DNA of 64,000 bases from Leucoraja erinacea (lineage: Eukaryota). The notes under the pieces are model-generated. The model saw only the letters and a program-made list of their open reading frames with translations. It was not told where the DNA came from and did not search any database. The stretch lies in assembly GCF_028641065.1 (NCBI RefSeq), contig NC_073385.1, forward strand, positions 23,374,001-23,438,000, written 5' to 3'. Below, in pieces: positions 39,958 through 53,362 of the stretch. Position 1 is the stretch's first letter; every line of letters starts with the position of its first letter. The translations under genes and the position numbers were made by a program.

Positions 39958-42900
39958 GTAAAGTGGGGTTGGGGTGGGATGGGGGAGGGTGAGATATGGC
40001 AAGGCGAACCGTCTGCAGATATGGTTTGAAATCATGTGAACAGTGCGCTAGCTTAATGCATTTCACCTAAGATTTTAAATGCGACCATTCGTCTTTTAAA
40101 TACAATGAAATAACTAAATAAACTTTAATAAATCCTAATTCCATCTCAAATATCGACTTCTGAAAATAATGATGCCTAAAATGTAGTATTTTAGTTATTT
40201 TACAGTCGCATTTTTGGTCCTCTGCAAAAGTTGGCATAGATTCACAGAATTCTTTGTTAAGAATGTTGGCATTTATTCCTTCAGTCAGATTTCAGAACAG
40301 ATTGAAGTAGGTTTTAAAAGTTGTTCCAATCGGAATTTGAGTTGGAGCATCTGATGTTTAGAGTATTTCTGGGAGAATATGTTCATTAAATATTAAAACT
40401 TTTTAATATAATACATACATTTTGAAAATTCAGCTGCTGATGTAACATGCTTTTAGGGGGTTACTGATATGTTGAGCACAAGACTTTAACACTAAAATTA
40501 GAATCTGAACAGTACATCGTTGACCGTAGATAAACTCAAGTAACAGATTAATTAGTGTGGGAGTCCTTTGTGCTATTATGACAGTTTGAATAATATGGAT
40601 TAATATTTTGAGTGTCAGATGAATTCCACTGATGTGATAGTGAATGCGAACTTTGAATTAATTGTTCATAAAATACTATTTCCTGGTTTTTGATTGTTGT
40701 GGCTCAATGTGGGTAAAAAAACTGAAATTGGTGCTAAATGTGTATACTTCAGCATATTGAGTCGTTCATTTTATAATTTGGTTATCTGCAGCCTATATAG
40801 TTTTTTTTAACTCCTGTGAGACTATTTGTTTGGGGGGGGAAAAATACGCCACAAATTTATTTTTCAATTTCCAGTTGGATAGTGGCTTGTTATGATGTAT
40901 CTTGGCATCATAAAGAGACAAGGTTGTGCACACAAAAATACTATTCAAGCTCAATGTTTGGTGTAAAATCTTAGCCAAACCATTAGCTGGGGATACAAAA
41001 CTATAGTTGAAAGTGATCATATTATTTCTATGTGCTGAAGACTTGGATTGAGAAGCTCATTGTTAATTAGTCAGATTTGCAGATGGCGCAAACTAGAAAG
41101 AGCAGCTAAATCAGTGGAGGCGGTTCACAAAAGAGTGGAACAATGGCAGATGAAATCTAATATAGATAAGCATAAGGGGGAGAATGGAAACTGAAAATAC
41201 TCTGTGATGTTGAATTAATTGAGAGATTGAAGCATTTGGCTTATCTGGAGTCTGCCCATGACAGTTGAACTAAATTGAATTCTGAACTTTTCGGTTAAAA
41301 AGGATTGTAAATGAAACGATATTGTAGTAAAGCTATAGTTACTCCTTTCGATTCAAATTAAAAGTGATACTTATGCCAGGGAAGAGAAAATTCTGAAAAC
41401 GAATTCCCTATTCAGCTCGGAATTTATATTTTAGGCACATTACAATTTTACTATAAAGGCAAAACTGAAGCATGATATTGAAACGAGAAGAAATATGTTA
41501 AACTAAGAACAGAAAATCACCATTTTCTTCATAAGAGAATGAGTTGTATTAAATACAGGAGATTAGAGGCAAAAATCCTGGGATATTTCTGAGTAAATGT
41601 TGTATGGCATGATGTAAGAGGCCTGTGTTGCAAGATGGAGAAAGTGATCATTTTCTTCTGTCTGCTTTGCTTTCATTTTACATAGAGCAATTCAAATAAA
41701 CTGACTGTTCCTACAGTAATAATTTAAATGGTTTTTAACTTCTCAATGAAGCAAGAAGATATTGTTGTAAAGTTAGTGGTGGATTGGTGTTTGGTCTTAA
41801 TGAGGTGACCCAAATGTTATTCAAATTATATTTTTTTGCTTCCACATCAGTTGATCATTCAGCCATTCAAGCAGGAAACAAAACATCCTTTCCTGATTGG
41901 AAGAGTGTTGCATGTTTCTATGGTAGAGGTTCTGGCATTTTCTTAATGTATGCTTAAACTCCGTGAACAATGTAGGTGCAAATCCAACTCTTTTAAAATG
42001 AGTCTTTCACACTATTTCAAGAATGCATTGATTTAACTATTTTTAGCACATGCTCTTAAATACAATATGTATTTGGGTAAATGACTTTAAATATAGGGGT
42101 TAGTAAGATTTCTGTCTTCAGATGTTGTTAGTACTGCACAATACTCATGTGTTCAGTTTTTCACGAGTGGCTAGACAGAAATTAAGGGATATGTCGAAGC
42201 ATTCGTTTCTAGAATCAATGAACCTGTCTACTTAGTCATGAAGTTTTAAAGTACCCGAAGTAAGATGTATAGAGATTAGTTTGGTGTGTTCTTACTTGTA
42301 GTGTTTCCTTGCAAGTCAGTCAGTCTTTAGTGTTTTGTCAGTCTTCAGTCTTTAGTGCCTTTGTTCAGAAGCTGCAGTGCTGAAAGGAGATCAAGGAATT
42401 ACATTACCTTTTAATGTAAATGGGATCTAGTTATAATCATTTTCATGTATATGAATAATATTTGTTTTGTCTTTAGCGAGTTTTAAATTGTAGTTGTTAT
42501 TTTTACTAAGCTCGTAAGTCGTAAGCTTAAGTAGAAATTGATGTGAGAGTCACTAAGAAAGGAATGAATTTAAACAAACTGTAATAGTATGTTTTTGATA
42601 ATTAACATGGTATTATTTGTAACGAGTTTTGGTGGTGCTTCATTTTTTAATCGTGAGGACTATGTTCCACAGTCAGTAACTTAAAATCTGTACTAGCAAG
42701 TAGCTATGGAAAATAGAAGAGTTAAATAGTGAACTTACTGACCTACATGAGTGTCTGCTGCAATAAGAATAGGAATAGTCTTTCCAGATTTGTTCAAGTG
42801 TGTAAGATGGTGTTGGTTGGAATTACGGATGTTATTTTTGTAAGGAGGATGGGAAATCATGAAAATTAATTTTTTTTAAATTTAATTTATGATTAAGTAA

Positions 42901-44519
42901 GCATTTAACATCCACCCATGTTTCGCCTTGAACAAAGGAGGCAATGGGTGGGGCAAGAGATACATAGTGTCGGTGAGCTCATGGGCTTTCATGACAAACC
43001 AGTAAAGTTTCATGGTTTAGGTTACTAATATTGGTTCTACAGTTCTCGGTGATTTAAAAAAATATATTTTAATTCCCAGTTACCATTGTAGGATTTGTAC
43101 CCCTGTATGCCCACGCCTCAGGATGTTCCAATAACTTGTTCATTACTATTAGAATCGTGAGTTGATTGTGGATTTCAGCAGATAAACATTGGTGCATTGT
43201 ATCGGAGGATAGTATAGTAGACAGTAATTATGATGAAGACTAAATGGTATCAGTAGTTTATCTCGATAGTTCATGCCCTTGCCATTCTATCGCCCGTGAG
43301 ATAGTGATCTGTGAGGGTCTGGTATAATAACTTCAATTTCCTCAATCTGGGGAAAGATTTTTGGGTGAATTCAAGAGGAATGAGGTGCTTCTATAGCATT
43401 TATGCACAAATTATGTAGAAAATCACCATAATCAGAGATATGCATTTACAAACAATCTTGCCCATGTGTGGCACTCTCATATACATTCTGGGAGGACAGC
43501 AGACGTGGGGCTTTCATGATTATCAATCTATTCAAAATTGTTTGAAAATCACCACTCTACATCCTGTGTTCTTGTGAAAATTCACTGCATGAGTTACTGC
43601 AGTCATAGCTGAACAACGATGCCAGTCCATGAAACTCTTTTCCAGCGAAGCAGATTTCCTGGTCAGCTTTTGGTGTTGAGGTCAAATGCTGACACAAAAT
43701 GTGAGAGCCCTGCTGTGCACATGCATGCCTTTGTTAAGCTGAAAATGTAGCCCTGTCCCACTGCCCCCTGGAGAAACTGTAACGCATGCTGCAGCTGCTC
43801 ACAAATGCAGCTGGAGCCTTCAGCTGGGAAATTCATGGGATTAGATAAATGCAAAAGTTCCCAAGTATACTGCTGTGAGATGCAGATGGCATGCAGATCT
43901 GGTTAAGTACAAGCTTATTTTCTTATCTATTCTAAGCCGGACTGACAATATTGCTGCCTATTGATTTTATGGAGCTCTTAGCAATATTTCAGATGTAAAT
44001 ATTGCAGGCAATTTCATAACTGGAAATGGTAATTGAGTTAGCAGAAGAAGAGGTTCCATATCTGAATCTGTGGGCTGATAAGTGGCATAAAGTTCTTGCC
44101 ACACAATAACTATCTCCGATGAGTCTAACCACAAACGTGATAGTGCCATTGGTGAGGGTCTCCACCCACCAACTATTCACATCTTGGAGGTCACTTTTGA
44201 CTGCTTATCCTCTGTTTAACTCCAGCAGGAAGCTTGTTGGAGCTCAGCTGTAAAGATGTGGCAACCAAGATTGAAACATGTCGGGGCAATAATGCAGCCG
44301 CGCTTGATATTAGCCTGCGCCAAGCCGGTCGTTGTCTCTTTTGGTTAGTGTCTTCAATACATGCTGTCATCCTGATAGCTGCCACCACGATGCATCCAAT
44401 GCAGAACCAATATCACCCCAACCTCATTAGTCAAGTTCCAGTACTCAGACAAAACTTGTGTTTGTGCATGTTCAGGCACTGATTCCTCAAGTGGGCCTCG
44501 CACTGGGCCTCGCACTGAA

Positions 44520-45080
44520 GAAAATAAAGACCCTATACCAACTTATCTCAGTTGTAAAACACCAGCTTTGCATTATATGGGTTCACAGTGAGAACCTGGT
44601 GTACCTGTACCACCTTTCCTATCCCGTTCATCAATGATGAATTTTATCATCTGCCTCAACGTACCAGTGTGGTTTATGACGTACTGAGGTAAAAGACATT
44701 TGAATATCAAATAATCTGATCCAACATTCATGGTCAACTGGCAGAAATGATCCCTGCCTTATATGCTTCTGAGACCTGGACTCTACAAATCTGTAGGCAA
44801 CATCTTTAAATCCTCAGAAAAATAACACACAATTTTTTGTCTGCAAACTCCTCTAATTCTCCTGGAAGAATAAGTGAACAATTATCAGCATTCTCTCCAA
44901 GGTCAACATTCCCCAGCAATGTGTCACTAGTTACACTCAGTCAGCTTGGTTAGATAAACCATGTAGGTAACTTGCCCAATGCCAGTCTCCTGAATCAGAA
45001 ACCCATTGTTTCATGGGAAGAGGTTACAAGGTGAAGCGAGGAAACTATTTTAGGATATGCCCATAAACTCCGGAAAAAAT
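44520..45080 (+). mobile_element. Ancient RTE-like LINE fragment
   Basis: Degenerate LYASETWT motif (TATGCTTCTGAGACCTGGACT). Confidence 0.45.
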
Positions 45081-45339
45081 GTAGCAGGTCAAATTAAGTT
45101 TATTGTCACTTGTACAGTTACAGTAAGGTACAGGTACAATGAAAATCGTGCTTGTAACAGTATCACACGTGTATGTATAAACCCACAGGAACATAAATTG
45201 TACACATTAACACATAATTCTGATAAATTATACATATTTAAACATAATTTGGCAAGACAATGAAAGGAAAAAGGACTGCAAAAAAGAGATACTAGTGCAA
45301 AATATAATTAGAAAAAATCTTCCCAACTCCTTGCTTCAC

Positions 45340-45925
45340 TCATCCCTTCACACTGCACCTAATGTTCCCAATGTGGCCTCTTTCACATAGATGAGGCCAA
45401 GCATAGAATCGGCGGCAGTTTTGCTGAACGCCTGCACTCAGTCGACCAAGACTTACTGGATCACCCAGTTGTTAACCATTCATCATTCCCATTCCCACAC
45501 TGACCTTTCTGTCCTGGTCTGTCTCCATTGTCAGAGTGAGGTCACACACAAACTGGAGGAACAGCACCGCATATTCCGCTTGGGTAGCTCACAAACCAAC
45601 AGTATGAACATGGAATTCTCCAATCCATCCCCAAATCCATGCCCCCTCCCCCAACCCTCACTCCCCACTCCTGGGCCTGAGTGCACAGAATATTTACAAA
45701 GGGGGGAACTAAAATAACATAGAAATGTAGGAGTAGGCCATTCGACCCTTCGAGCCTGCACCGCCATTCAATATGATCATGGCTGATCATCCAACTCGGT
45801 ATCCTGTACCTGCCTTCTCTCCATACCCCCTGATCCCTTTAGCCACAAGGGCCACATCTAACTCTCTCTTAAATATAGCCAATGAACTGGCCTCAACTAC
45901 CTTCTGTGGCAGAGAATTCCAGAAT
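45340..45925. mobile_element. PLE fragment (+, 45340-45670) followed by a CR1 3' end (-, 45716-45925)
   Basis: KLEEQHRIFRLG motif; CR1 tail matches 5120-5295. Confidence 0.8.
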
Positions 45926-48840
45926 TCCAAGATGTTGGGCAGGCTAGAATGAATAAAATCCTAGCCTGCCCACCATTTCCCAATAGCTCAGCCCTTCAAG
46001 TCCTCATAAATCTTCTGTGCACTCTGACCCAGATAGTTGGGATTCATGATGATAGATGCCGCCACTTTGAGCCAGTCTCGTAGACATTTTTGGTCATAGG
46101 AGAGCTGTGCTTTTGATGGACCAGAGTAAGCTCACCACTCACTGCAGCCTCTTGCGTGCCTCTGAATTGCAATTGCTGTACCAGGTCATGATGTACCCGA
46201 TCACAATACTTTTCCACAATGCATATGTAGATGTTTGTTAACAGTTTGGAATTAATGTCTTTGTGGCCAAGTTTGTAAATTATACAAAGATGGGTGGAAG
46301 AGCAGGTAGTGTGGAGGAAGAAGGGAGGCTGCAGAAGGACTTGGAATGGTTGGCAGAATGGGTAAAGAAATGGCAGATGGAATTCAGTGTGGCAAAATGT
46401 AGTCATACACTTTGGTAGTAGAAATAAAGAGATAGACTACTTTCCAAATGAGAGGATTTAGAATTCGGAGCACAAAGGGACTTGGAAGCATTGTTGCTGA
46501 ATTCCCAAAAGGTTACTTTGCAGGTAAATCAGTGGTAAGGAAGGGAAATGCAATGTTCGCATTCATTTCAAATGGACTAGAATACAAAAGCAGGAATGTA
46601 ATGCTGAATATAAGGCACTGGTCAGACTACGGACAATCACTCTGGTGTCATTGTCAAATTAATAGAAGGCATTGTAGCTGTTCACTGATTCCCTAGCTAA
46701 TAGCTACCCCAAGTGGAAAAGGTACTGAAAACTGGACCCTGAACGTTGGAGCATACTGAAACACACTGCAAGTAATAAAACATTTGCATTTCTTTACAAA
46801 CCACCCACCAGTCTGGCCTTGTCAGTTACCTCCTGCCCCATCTTTCTTAGAATCTCTCGATCCGAGGACCCACGGACCTGAATGAACGCGTCATCCTTGA
46901 TTTTGAAGAGCCATCTGAAAATAATTTTGACCAGAAAGTAAACAAAACCAGCACACAAATAGATGATTATAGGAGCAGGTGAGACATCCATCGATGAATG
47001 ACTTGTATCTTGTCATTCCAAGGCCTTTCTACCATTTACAAGACACAAGCGAGGAGCTTGAGAGATATCAAAAAGATTTTAGAGTACTAAAAAGCTTCTA
47101 AATCACAGTAAAAAGGGACTGCTTAAATTTATATATTTATTTATTATATTCTAATTTATATATTTTATTCTTGATCTAGCTATCTGCTATCTCTAGCTAT
47201 CTTGATCTGATTTATCTGCTTGATTACATTTAATATTAAGGGGCGCAGTTGGAGTTGCTTCCCAAAAAAAATGGTTTTGTATTTTAAATTTTCAAAAAAA
47301 AAAATTGATTAGCAAAGGAAGGGTAATAGTGTCCCTTTTGGTGCGGCTGCTAAAATATCATCCTTTTCGGGCGCAACATCTTTCCTTGCTCAGTCTTTTA
47401 TTCCCCATTCACCACCCCAACTCACCAAGTGCATTTATGTATACCTGGGAATCCTTTTGTTGCGCTAAGGTTCAGTCTGAATCTGTAATTGAATACTTGG
47501 GTGCAAAGGATGTGCACATTATAATTTGGAGTGCATTCTGGCCTTGCCAATATTTCTCCATTAATTTACTTCTTGTAGCTATGGTGTAGGCCCAGATGTA
47601 GATGTTTGAAAAAAATGCACGCAGTAAATATTCCTTTCTAACCCAGCTCTTAATGTTCAAAGTATTTAGTTTGCTAAGGTGTAGATCTGCCATGGAGAGC
47701 TATGCAAATTGGACTACCATATACCATACTTTTGTCAAACATTAGGGACATTGGGTGAGCTTTGGCATATTTCCACACTGTATTCAGAGTGAGACGACGT
47801 AAAAAACACCTCTTTTTGCAGCCTGAATCCTAGCTAAGTTGTTGAAAAACCTGTTAATCAGCCACAGCTTCCTAGGACTCTTCTCTTCCCCCCCCCTTTC
47901 CAAATATCTTTAAGATTGTAATTCGTGCTTCTATGGCAATAAATTACTTATGATAAATACAGCTAAATGCATACAATCAGCCATGTGATCTGTTTAAGAG
48001 TCAAAAGCTTCTCCTAGTGGTTGTTATGTGGCAATATATTAATTGGTATTGGGATTTGCTAATTAATTGGATAGACTGGAAATGACTGGAGGGAGAAATG
48101 ATCTGTGCATTTAATTACTAAAAGGCCAATAAGAGTTAGAATAGCAAATAAATGTTTTTCTGTTTTTTCAACTATTCCTAATCTATTTAAGAGAAATAGT
48201 TAGAAATAAGCTAAGAAAATAATGTTTCCAAGTTTTAATCATGGAACTAAGATATTCCTAAAGACTGATTGTTGTAGAGCTATAAAAATGAATTTGATCA
48301 CCAAGTCTGCTGGAATCATATGAGAGACATCCTTGTATGTAGGTGCCCAAACAAGCAAAATTTACTGGCTCATTAGTAACATCAATGGATTCAAGGTTGT
48401 GCAACTTAAATAAAATGAATCACGATGATGTAAAGATACGGGGAAAAAAAACAAGGAAGAATGTTAAACCTCTTGACCTTACCTGGTCAGTCATTTGATC
48501 TGGTCATTTAGCCTAATTTGATAGTGCTCTGCTGAGGAATATAATGGTATTTTTCTATATTAAATTAGTTGATGTTTTGAATAGGGAATGTTTCTACTCT
48601 GGATCTTGTTATGTTGGCATCGCAGTAAGTTGGCACCGGGTCATAAATGCAGCAGGTAACAAAGCATGAAATACTCTCAATAAGACATGTTCGTAGCTCA
48701 GAAACGGGTGTGGTTTGGGAATTATGCCATTACATTTTCGACTTGTGATGGGAAAAATTCTCCTTTTATTTGCTGAACATATATTGCACATTTCAAAATA
48801 AAAGCTTGTAGAGAGGTGGGGGTTTAACAACTATCTTCAC

Positions 48841-49126
48841 GGCACAGTGGCACAGTGGTAGAGTTGTTGCCTTGCAGTGCCACAGATCTGGGTACGATCC
48901 TGACTGCAGCTGCTGTTTGGAAGGAGTTTGTAAACTCTCTCTGACCGTGTGGGTTTTCTCCGAGTGGTCCGGTTTCTTCCCACACTTCAAAGACATACAG
49001 GTTTGTAGGTTAATTGGCTTTGGTAAAATAAAATTGAAAAATGATCCCTGGTGTACAAGGTGATTGATTGCTGGTCGGCCCAGACTTGGTGAGCGAATTG
49101 GCCTGTTTCCACGCTGTATCTCTAAA
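48841..49126 (+). mobile_element. V-SINE
   Basis: A and B boxes, V-domain and GGCCTGTTTCCACGCTGTATCTC tail. Confidence 0.85.
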
Positions 49127-49632
49127 TTTTAAGACGCCTTCATTATGAAAACATTAATTCATAATAAAGGTACTGTGGGAGCAATAGAGCAAGATGTGGC
49201 AACACCGTTTCTGCGTTTTTTAAGAAACCTTGCTGCAGACCAATACATAATCCTTTAAAAGCTCAAAATGTAGCATTCTTCGAATATCAGCCTTGGATCA
49301 CTGTAGATTTTATTTCTGTCTCAGGCAGCCATTATAGCAATTATTGTACTGGCTGTAACATGAATGGTTACTGAGCAGAAGACACAAGAGCACCTGCAAC
49401 TTCAGTTGCTTTTAGAATGCAGACGTTTTGATGATTGTGAGGTTATTAGCAGAGAGGTTCTCCAAGCCTAAGTGCAGGTCTTGCGCACATTCTGTGCATA
49501 TTTTTGCGCATACTGTCAATAATTTGTACTTTAATGTGGATTGGGAAGTTTTCAGATGATACGATAGTTAGCTATGTAGACTGTATGGAAAAGAAAATCA
49601 AGAACTGATCTCATTGACAAACAAATGACAAA

Positions 49633-50192
49633 TCTCTACATCGGTGAGACCAAGCATAGGCTTGCTGATCGCTTCGCCATACCTCAGCTCGGTTCGCAAT
49701 AACCTACCTGATCTTCCAGTGGCTCAGCACTTCAACTCCCCCTCCCATTCCAAATCCGACCTTGCTGTCCTGGGCCACCTCCATGGCCAGAGTGAAGGCC
49801 ACCGTAAATTGGAAGAGCAGCACCTCATAATTTGCTTATGCAGTTTGCACCCCAGAACATTGACTTATTTAATTTCAGCCTTACTGCAGCTTTGCCCCCC
49901 AGAAATCCGACCTTGTCCTGGGCCACCTCCATGGCCAGAGTGAAGGCCACCGTAAATTTGGAAGAGCAGCACCTCACTTTGCCCTATGCAGTTCTCCACC
50001 CCCCCAGCCCCCTGTGTTTCAGGTTCATAGCAATTTTCCATTCCTTCGACCCCCCCCCCCCCCCCCCCCACCCCCTTGCCCCCAGAAAAGACCTCCCCCC
50101 CCAAATTTCAGGTTCCTTACTTTCTCCCCCCCCTCAGTCCTTACTCTCCCCTCAGCCCCCCCCCTGTGTCCGCATCTTCCTTTCTCCTCCGC

Positions 50193-50242
<50 letters not shown>

Positions 50243-50350
50243 ACACACATCAGACTTGCCTAGGGTTTTGACTCCATAGAACGTGTTGCCTATTTCCTTC
50301 GCTCCATAGATGCTGCCTCACCTGCTGAGTTTCTCCAGCATTTTTGTCTA
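49633..50350 (+). mobile_element. Penelope-like 3' portion with an internal ~75-bp duplication and poly-C tracts
   Basis: LYIGETK start; 49752-49827 is repeated at 49903-49976. Confidence 0.85.
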
Positions 50351-50619
50351 AATGACAAAAGGAATTTGATCTGGAGAAGTAGTAGTCATCCAGCATGGAA
50401 ATAGGCCTTTCAGCCAAAATCATTTATGCTGACCAGGATGCCCCATCTAAGCTTGTCCTATTTCACCCATATCCCTCAAAAACTTTCCTATTCATGTACC
50501 TGTCCAAGTGTTACCCAAGTTGTAGAATTTGAGTAGGGAGTGATTAGTGCAGCAAGGAGTCTCTGCGGAAGCAGAAATGTGTGGGGATGCAAAGATGTGA
50601 CTGGCGGTGGGATCAAGTG

Positions 50620-51043
50620 TACCTGAAAGTCCAGGTGCACTACATCCACCGACTCTCCCTTGCCCATTTTCCTAGTCACATCCTCAAATAATTCCAGAAG
50701 ATTACTCGAGCATGATTTCTCCTTCGTAAATCCATGATGACTCGGACCGATCCTGTTACTGCTATTAAAAATGTGCGGCTATTTCACCTTTTATAATTGA
50801 CTCCAGCATCTTCCCCATCAACGATGTCAGGCTAACTGGTCTATAATTCCCTGTTTTCTCTCTCCCGCCTTTCTTAAAAAGTGGGTAACATTAGCTACCC
50901 TCCAATCCACAGGAACTGATCCTGAGCCTATAGAACATTGGAAAATTATCACCAATGCATCCACGATTTCTAGAGCCACTTCCTTAAGTACGCTGGGATG
51001 CAGACCATCAGGCCCTAGGGATTTATCAGCCTTCTGTCCCATC
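50620..51043 (-). mobile_element. CR1 internal fragment; continues at 53042-53076
   Basis: KADKSLGPDGLHPSVLKEVA and VDVVHLDFQ motifs. Confidence 0.9.
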
Positions 51044-53033
51044 CAGGGCCGGCCTTAAGCCGATTGGACCGATTGTTCCAAATTGGGCCCCGCGCTAGTG
51101 AAATCCAGAACTCCGCTCTAGGATCTTTGGAGTAATCTACTCTCGGCTCGGGTAGATCACCCCGGGTAGAGGGTGGGGGGGAAGAAAGGGGTAGACTGGG
51201 AGGGGGAGATCCCTCACAATCCCAGGGCAGCGTTCCCGCCCCTCCAGTCGCCATGCTTCACGCACAAAGCCCCGGCTCCACCCCTCTCTCTCCCCGGGGA
51301 GAAGCGGTGAACAATACATGGAGGGCCGGGCTGGGGGTTGGAGCAACGTTTACAAACATCGGCCTCTGCTCACACCCGTCCGCCCGGACCCCGGCATTCG
51401 CTCCCGCCGGCCCTTTCCCTCCCCCTCCCTTCTCTTCTTCCCTTTCCTCCCTCCCTTCCCCTATTCCCTCCCTCCCTTCTCTCCTTCCCTCCCTCCTTCC
51501 TCTCTTTTCCCTTCTCTCCTGCATTCTCTCCCTTCTTTCACTCCTTCCTCTTTATCTTTTCCCTCCCCCCCTCCCTCCCCTCCCTCCCTCCCTCCCTCCC
51601 TCCCTCCCTCCCCCCTCCCCCTCCCTCCCCCCCCTATTTCCCAGACACAGACACACAGGCTCTGGGTCTGGCGGCCGCTCTGTCCACACCGCATAGAGTT
51701 TTAACCCCGGCCTGGAGCCAGGAGCGAACCAGGTGAGTGGGGGCATCGGTGCCGCCTCCAGAGCCGCGGGGATGAATCTCGGGCTATAGCTCCGCTCCGA
51801 TGCCCGACCCCCGGGTCACTGACCCTCACCTCCCCCGGACCCCAGCTGGACACAGAGCATCTGGGGTGGCCCGCATTCCCGGTGAGGGTGGAGGGAAATG
51901 CTCCCTGGGCATCGCCAAGTCTCCGCTCACTCCGGGTGTTGTCGCCGCTTCACTGACACACTCTCACACACAACTTAACACACACACGGGCACACAACAT
52001 AACACACACACACGGACACACACAAGGTTTAAAGGGATATGGACCAAATGCGGATTAATGGGACTATTTAGATGGGACATCTTGATCTGCATAGACAAGT
52101 TGGGACGAAGGGCCTGTTTCCATGCTGTAAGACTGTGACACCCTGTAGAAAGGGTGCAATTACTCTGGAGAGGACCCAGGGGCGATTTATGAACATATTG
52201 GCTGGACTGGAATTTTTTTTTCACTTTGAAGAAAGATTTCATAACTGGGATTGTATTCTCTGCAGCAACAGAGGTGAGGAAAAGACTTAGTTGAGGTGAA
52301 TAATATGAGAATAGGATCCGTTTGCATAACAAAGAATGTAAGATGGAACTGCAGATGGTGGTTTAAACTGAAGATAGACACTAAAAGCTGGTGATAACTC
52401 AGCAGGACAGGCGGCATCTCTGGAGAGAAAGAATAGGTGATGTTTCGGGTCGAGACCTTCAGACTGAAGAGGTTGAAAACCAGCCATAAAACACAATGAC
52501 TGGAGATGTGTGTTATCCAACTTAGGGCAGGAATTAGAATCATGTGTTCATCTTGACGTGACACCATAATAAATANNNNNNNNNNNNNNNNNNNNNNNNN
52601 NNNNNNNNNNNNNNNNNNNNNNNNNNNNNNNNNNNNNNNNNNNNNNNNNNNNNNNNNNNNNNNNNNNNNNNNNNNNNNNNNNNNNNNNNNNNNNNNNNNN
52701 NNNNNNNNNNNNCTTTTTTTTCATTTCACAGTCACTAAAACAAGTGGTGTTGTAACTATGTACTCTTCAGAGGTAATCTACACATTTTGTTTGTTACTTG
52801 TAGGCTTACATGTATGCAATTTTATATTAAAATGGAGCTTAGATCTGTTCGGTCCATTAACTCGCAGGCACTTTTTAAGCACACATTTTGATTACTTTCC
52901 ATTCTACCACAGAGATATAAAGTCTATAATAGACTTTATTTGCATTTCTATGATTCTAAAGACCTTGGCTGGGAACCTGGGGCTCACCAAAATTGTTCCC
53001 AATTGGGCCCCGCACCTCCTAAGGCCGGCCCTG
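51044..53033. mobile_element. Non-autonomous hAT transposon spanning the assembly gap
   Basis: TIRs CAGGGCCGGCCTTA and TAAGGCCGGCCCTG; 8-bp TSD GTCCCATC at 51036-51043 and 53034-53041. Confidence 0.92.
52576..52712. other. Assembly gap (N run)
   Basis: 137 N characters. Confidence 1.
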
Positions 53034-53076
53034 GTCCCATCAGTCTATCCAACACCATTTCCTGCCTAATGTGGAT

Positions 53077-53362
53077 TACACCCCAGCGGTATGAACATTG
53101 ACGTCTCCAATTTCAGGTAGTCCTTGCTTTCTCCCTCCTTCCCTTTCCCTTCCCAGCTCTCCCACAGCCTACTGTCTCCGCCTCTTCCTTTCTTTTTCGC
53201 ACCACCCCCCCCCCCCCCCCCCCCCTCGCATTAGTCTGAAGAAGGGTCTCGACCCGAAACATCACCTAGTCCTTCTCGCCATGGATGCTGCCTCACCCGC
53301 TGAGCTTCTCCAGCAATTTTGTCTACCTTCGGATTTTTCCAGCATCTGCAGTTCTTTCATAA
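53077..53362 (+). mobile_element. Penelope-like 3' end with hammerhead-like core
   Basis: CCCCAGCGGTATGAACATTGAC start; CTGAAGA-agggtctcgaccc-GAAAC at 53236-53260. Confidence 0.85.

Noticed and set aside
43560-44480. Cluster of short ORFs
   Set aside because: Probably very old LINE debris (AALDI motif); no splice-consistent model.
50014-50279. Poly-Pro and poly-Gly ORFs (also at 18568-19070, 24584-25257, 51253-51746)
   Set aside because: Translations of poly-C or pyrimidine tracts in TEs; homopolymer lengths may also be assembly artefacts.
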